DNA of 64,000 nucleotides from a candidate division WOR-1 bacterium RIFOXYB2_FULL_37_13 (GTDB lineage Bacteria; Margulisbacteria; WOR-1; XYC2-FULL-46-14; XYC2-FULL-37-10): NCBI GenBank assembly GCA_001771535.1, contig MEUB01000036.1, positions 842 to 64,841 of the forward strand, read 5' to 3'. Shown piece by piece: positions 59,413 to 64,000 of this stretch (position 1 is its first letter; each line of letters starts with the position of its first letter). The notes under the pieces were generated by a model. It saw only the letters and a program-made list of their open reading frames with translations, ran no database searches and was not told where the DNA came from. The position numbers and the translations under genes were made by a program.

Positions 59413-60408
59413 ATGGATTTTATTAAGGATATTTGGAATAGGGCGAAAAAATCACAAAAAAGAATAGTCCTTCCGGAAACAGAAGATATAAGAATTATAA
59501 AAGCGGCCGCGCTTATAACCCAGAGTAAGCTTGCAAATATAATATTAATCGGCGATGAAACTCAAATCAAGGAAAAAGCAGCTTCTTCGGATACAAGCCT
59601 TTCCGGCGTTTCAATAATCAATCCGCCAAATTATCCTAAAATAAAAGAGCTATCAAGAATGTACCAGTTAAAACTTGAAAAAAAAGGGATGACAGAAGAA
59701 AAGGCCTATCAGATTTTAACAACAGACTTCCCGTTTTTTGGAGCAATGCTTGTTAATGGAGGAGAAGCAGATGGAATGGTATCGGGCGCCAACCACCCTA
59801 CCGCAAACACTATTTTAGCCGCGATCCAATGCCTAGGCACAAAAGAAGGCTGTTCAATTATTTCCAGTTTTTTCGCGATGATACTGCCCAAAAAAGAATT
59901 TGGAGAAGAAGGCCTTATGTTTTATGCCGATTGCGGAGTAATCCCCAATCCGAATTCAGAAGAATTAGCTCAAATTGCATTACAAACAGCAGATTCTTTT
60001 GTAAAATGCACGGGGATTACCCCTCAAATCGCGATGCTGTCTTTTTCAACCAAAAATTCGGCAAAGCATCCGGATGTTGACAAGGTTTTAAAAGCAACAG
60101 AAATTGCCCAGGCCAAAAGAAGCAGCCTTTTAATTGACGGGCCGCTACAGGTTGATGCTGCAATTGTTCAATCTATCGGCAGGAAAAAAGCTCCTGGAAG
60201 CCCTGTGGCAGGTTCGGCCAATATATTAATTTTCCCTGACCTTGACGCGGGAAATATCGGTTATAAGCTTACAGAGAGGCTTGGAGGAGCAATTGCGCTT
60301 GGCCCGATTTTTCAAGGAGTTAAAAAACCCGTAAACGATTTATCTCGCGGTTGTTCTGTTGAAGATATTGTCAATGTGGTCGCCATCACGGCAGTGCAAG
60401 CCGAGTAG
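59413..60408 (+). CDS. pta: Phosphate acetyl/butyryl-transferase (Pta family)
   Basis: Size and motifs of the short Pta family (GxxHPTANT-like region, SRGCSVEDIVN). Confidence 0.8.
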   Translation: MDFIKDIWNRAKKSQKRIVLPETEDIRIIKAAALITQSKLANIILIGDETQIKEKAASSDTSLSGVSIINPPNYPKIKELSRMYQLKLEKKGMTEEKAYQILTTDFPFFGAMLVNGGEADGMVSGANHPTANTILAAIQCLGTKEGCSIISSFFAMILPKKEFGEEGLMFYADCGVIPNPNSEELAQIALQTADSFVKCTGITPQIAMLSFSTKNSAKHPDVDKVLKATEIAQAKRSSLLIDGPLQVDAAIVQSIGRKKAPGSPVAGSANILIFPDLDAGNIGYKLTERLGGAIALGPIFQGVKKPVNDLSRGCSVEDIVNVVAITAVQAE

Positions 60409-60415
60409 CAAATAA

Positions 60416-61741
60416 ATGAATATGCAAAATCTGCTTAATCTGGCAAAATCAAAAGACGTAGAAATAGAAATTTATAAAACGACGACAAGTGCAACTTCAA
60501 TTGATGTTCTTGACAACAAGGTTGAATCTATAGACTCATCACAGGAACACGGGCTGTCAATTAAAGTGATTAAAAATCATCAATTGGGATTTGCATATAC
60601 AACTGATTTTGAAGAAGAAATATTGGAAGAAACTCTGGAAAAAGCTGTTTTGAATTCCAGATATAACAGTATAGATGACAATTGGGAACTGGCAGCTTCA
60701 AAAGAAATTTTGCCGATCATAACATACAACAGGGAATTAGACGCGCTCTCAATCGAAGATAAAATCGCGCTTGCGTTAAAAACAGAAGAATTCGCGTATA
60801 AAACAGACAAAAGAATAAAAAAAACAGAAAAAGTCTCTTACATGGATTTCCAAGCCAAAATAGAGATATTCAACTCAAATGGAGTTAATCTTTCTTACAA
60901 CACAAATAGCTACGGTCTTATGTGTGACGTTATAGCAGAAGAAAAAGGGAGCAGAGAAAGCGGCTCTTCTATAAAATTCCTCAAAAATCTTGATGCAAAT
61001 TTAAGCGAAAAGACAGGAACCGAAGCCGCCAAAAAAGCATGTGAACTTCTTTGCGCGGAAGGTATTGGTCCGCAAAAATTGCCGCTGATACTTGATCCAA
61101 TGGTTGGCGCGCAAATTGTCGGCGCGATGGCAGCTTTATTTTCTGCGGATTCCAAACAAAAAGGCAAATCTCTCCTGGCAGGCAAGTTAAATCAAACCAT
61201 CGGATCAAAAATTTTATCTATTATTGATAACGGAAGATTACAAAATGGACTAATGAGCAGTCCTTTTGATGATGAAGGCATAAAAACGCAGGAAACAATT
61301 CTTGTAGAAAACGGACAATTAATAAATTTTCTTTGTAACATATACACCGCCAAAAAAGAAAAAAAAGAATCAACAGGGAACGGAAGAAGCGCTTCATATA
61401 AATTTCTGCCCGATGTCGCGCCAAGCAATCTTTATATAAAAGAAGGGAAAAAAGATCCAAAAGATATAATATCAAATACAAAAAAAGGAATTTATATTAC
61501 GCGAGTAATGGGAATGCACACTATTAATCCGGTATCCGGGGATTTTTCAATCGGCGCCGCCGGTATTGTGATTGAAAACGGAGAAAAAACATATCCTGTC
61601 AGAGGAATAACAATTGCAGGGAATTTAATTGAGCTGCTTGAATCAATCGAAGAAATAGGAACCGATTTAACCTTTTTCCCTTTTTCCGCAAACTTTGGAA
61701 GCCCTACCCTTTTAATCAACAACATATCAGTAAGCGGCTGA
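60416..61741 (+). CDS. pmbA: TldD/PmbA family metalloprotease
   Basis: C-terminal GDFSxGAxGxxIENGE motif typical of PmbA/TldD. Confidence 0.8.
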   Translation: MNMQNLLNLAKSKDVEIEIYKTTTSATSIDVLDNKVESIDSSQEHGLSIKVIKNHQLGFAYTTDFEEEILEETLEKAVLNSRYNSIDDNWELAASKEILPIITYNRELDALSIEDKIALALKTEEFAYKTDKRIKKTEKVSYMDFQAKIEIFNSNGVNLSYNTNSYGLMCDVIAEEKGSRESGSSIKFLKNLDANLSEKTGTEAAKKACELLCAEGIGPQKLPLILDPMVGAQIVGAMAALFSADSKQKGKSLLAGKLNQTIGSKILSIIDNGRLQNGLMSSPFDDEGIKTQETILVENGQLINFLCNIYTAKKEKKESTGNGRSASYKFLPDVAPSNLYIKEGKKDPKDIISNTKKGIYITRVMGMHTINPVSGDFSIGAAGIVIENGEKTYPVRGITIAGNLIELLESIEEIGTDLTFFPFSANFGSPTLLINNISVSG

Positions 61742-61858
61742 ATAAAAACTTAAAAAAACAATAGACTGAAATTTCCTGAAAGTTTCTTCGAAAAACATTA
61801 AATATCAAGAATTATTGTTGTAAAACAAATATTTGAATATTATGAAAGGAGAAGGGAG

Positions 61859-62515
61859 ATGTTAGGCAGTGCAAGTGAAGTTCAATCTCAGGCTCACTAT
61901 TATAGCCGGCCTATTAGAACAGCTAGAAAAACAACTTCTCATCGGAGCTTAGCCAAATTTTGGCATCTTGGACAAGAATTAAGAGATATAGGAATAAATA
62001 ACCCTCCAACCTTCTTTTTTAGAAAAGTATATCTTAAAAGCCCCGAGCAATATGAAGGGTTTTGTAGGTTTTATGAATATTTTATGGGAAGATTTAGAGG
62101 CGTGCTAAAAGAAAGCGGGAGCGGAAATGAAGAACGTTTAAGTTTTAATATAATACCCCCTACAATGTATATTATGATGAGATTGGATTTCGATCGTTTA
62201 ATTATGGAACTTAATGTGAATAAAGATAAATGGTTCCAATTCTATAATGAACACATTAGGAATATAGACGTAGGAGTATCTATACAGGGACAACACAGAG
62301 AGGGCAGAGGTTTAAGATTTTTCCAATTTAAAATAATAGAAGAAATAATCACTCAAAACAATATAGAAGCTTATAATCTCGGAAGAAAAGAACGCCTTAT
62401 AGGGCTTAAGTTAATTAGTGACAAATTTATTCTTTCTCTTTTAGATGTTCATATTTTTCTAAGAACCTCTTCACCATGCATTTTGAATCTTTGTGATGGC
62501 ACAACTTTTAAGTAA
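61859..62515 (+). CDS. Hypothetical protein (218 aa)
   Basis: ORF. Confidence 0.45.
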   Translation: MLGSASEVQSQAHYYSRPIRTARKTTSHRSLAKFWHLGQELRDIGINNPPTFFFRKVYLKSPEQYEGFCRFYEYFMGRFRGVLKESGSGNEERLSFNIIPPTMYIMMRLDFDRLIMELNVNKDKWFQFYNEHIRNIDVGVSIQGQHREGRGLRFFQFKIIEEIITQNNIEAYNLGRKERLIGLKLISDKFILSLLDVHIFLRTSSPCILNLCDGTTFK

Positions 62516-62530
62516 ATTTTGGAAATAGCA

Positions 62531-64000
62531 ATGAAGACTGAACCATTACAACATCAACATCGTTTTGAAAGTAGTCAGCCGCGGCTCTTCCCTGATTATT
62601 CGGGAAAGTTTGCTTCTAATGCCCTGATAAATATTAATACCTATAAATCAGAAATGGCGGCCACTCACAGGAAACAACTGCAAAGATTATTAACCCTTGC
62701 TCAAGAAAAGCACAGAATTACAAATATTGACGGACTAGCCCCTTTCCAAATAATAAGGACATACAGGCTGTATCAAATAGACGAAACAGATATAGACTTT
62801 TTTATTATAGGAGAAAAGAGAACAACTCTTGACTTAAGCGCGGGAAGATTAGAAGCTTTTTTTAGAACGAAAAGTTTTACTTCTCTTTTAGGTGCTCTGC
62901 CAAAAAAATCATCTCCAACATTAAAACCTCAAATTCAAGCTCAAGTTGAGGAATTGGAAAATTTCCTGCATCAAGATTCTAAGAGGCTCGAAACAATTTT
63001 AACAGACAAAAGCAAAGGGGTCGCATTTATTGAAGCAGAGCTAACAGCAGTCTGTAGAAAACTCTATGCGGACTACGGGTTTTGCCCTACAATTTATCGT
63101 GATATTGATATTGAGCACCATAAAGCAAGAATTCTTTTTAAAATAGACCCCGAGACAAAAGATGAAATTATAAACGTAATAGCCAACTTTGATCCGGAAA
63201 GCACCTCTTTCGTTGCTGTAAAAGAAGTAAAAACTTTAACCAAATTTGAACACTTTATACTTGATCTTAGGGATCGGGCTACTTTTGAGAAACATGATAT
63301 TCCTATTGACGAAAAAAGAGCCGCATCGGATGTAGAGCATGGAACAACTTTTTTGGTAGTATTCAGAGGAAAGTTTGACGAAGTAGAACCATTGGTTATG
63401 ACTATACATTCTGACAAAGAGAGTTGCTTTGCGGATAAAGAAACAGGAGAAAAAGCTGCTGAAGCGATAGAAGCCTATTTAACTAAAGCCTTATTGGCGC
63501 TTAAAGGTGTAGAGAAGCTGTCATCAATCAAGCATCCGGCTGAGGCAATGCCTTCAATTGCAGGAATGAATGGGTCAACGGAAGGAAGTGGAATAAAAAA
63601 TAGTTCTTCCGAAGGAACGCCTTTAGTCTTACTTAATCAACAAGAACAAGTAGGATTGGCATTGAGGGAGGCAAAAACATGGAATATTGCAACTTCTTAT
63701 AGAATAACAAGTACTATTGAAAGACTTGAAAAAGATTTTGTTCTAAGGACTCCTCAATTTGGAGTTGTTTTATCTCGAGATTTGTACCTAAATCCTAAAA
63801 ATAGTTTAAGAGATGAGGACATAGAAACATTAATAGAAGAGCTTTATCCTTTATTTGTCGATGATTGGAGCAAAGTTTTGACTAATAATTCACTGCCTGT
63901 CTTTAAAGGTATGGCTCGAGAACTTCTTCATCATTGGTTGATAGAAGATAACCCGTTTGCATTTTTTATATGGAGAATTAAGAAAATTTTATATGGATTA
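62531..64000 (+). CDS. Hypothetical protein, 5' part of a long ORF that runs off the window end
   Basis: Open frame from ATG 62531 to at least ~63120 (the first ~600 nt were read codon by codon with no stop); not in the supplied track because it is not closed in the window. Confidence 0.5.
   Translation, partial: MKTEPLQHQHRFESSQPRLFPDYSGKFASNALININTYKSEMAATHRKQLQRLLTLAQEKHRITNIDGLAPFQIIRTYRLYQIDETDIDFFIIGEKRTTLDLSAGRLEAFFRTKSFTSLLGALPKKSSPTLKPQIQAQVEELENFLHQDSKRLETILTDKSKGVAFIEAELTAVCRKLYADYGFCPTIYRDIDIEHHKARILFKIDPETKDEIINVIANFDPESTSFVAVKEVKTLTKFEHFILDLRDRATFEKHDIPIDEKRAASDVEHGTTFLVVFRGKFDEVEPLVMTIHSDKESCFADKETGEKAAEAIEAYLTKALLALKGVEKLSSIKHPAEAMPSIAGMNGSTEGSGIKNSSSEGTPLVLLNQQEQVGLALREAKTWNIATSYRITSTIERLEKDFVLRTPQFGVVLSRDLYLNPKNSLRDEDIETLIEELYPLFVDDWSKVLTNNSLPVFKGMARELLHHWLIEDNPFAFFIWRIKKILYGL

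Noticed and set aside
1-64000. tRNA or rRNA genes
   Set aside because: I scanned intergenic regions for T-loop (GGTTCGAATCC-like) and anticodon-arm patterns and for rRNA-like conserved blocks and found none convincing. A tRNAscan/Infernal run would be decisive.

Overview
AT-rich (~35% GC) bacterial chromosomal window of Gram-negative type (an LptF/LptG permease is present); I did not identify the lineage. No tRNA/rRNA genes or CRISPR arrays were found. Housekeeping genes sit at both ends and in the middle: rdgB, holB, PSP1/ricT-like, HIT, rpsU, lptF/G-like, FemAB-family, trpG, serS, ispF, tyrS, trpB2, trpC, rsmH, ftsL-like, gltX, the C-terminal half of a split carB, udg, a pseudouridine synthase, a dnaQ-like exonuclease, pta and pmbA/tldD. 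Two accessory regions stand out. Region 1 (about 20.1-33.8 kb) holds an MNT/HEPN-like toxin-antitoxin pair, IS1634-family transposase remnants, a 4-gene plus-strand operon of unknown proteins ending in a GMC-type flavoprotein with a 170-aa N-terminal extension, and a duplicated two-gene membrane-protein module carrying its own conserved bidirectional promoter. One module copy is split by an IS that is itself split by a nested IS3-family element. Region 2 (about 41.6-57.2 kb) is a tightly packed minus-strand operon of about 15 ORFs with no recognisable families except three glycosyltransferases. It is centred on a 1523-aa protein built from four ~130-aa internal repeats, each ending in a long hydrophobic hairpin-like segment. 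This is the best candidate for an undescribed system. A heptanucleotide tandem repeat, (TCCAATN)n, is embedded in-frame in rsmH and at the trpC/trpB2 junction. There is also a VapBC-like pair with a perfect operator palindrome, and a surface-protein gene made of 84-bp tandem repeats.
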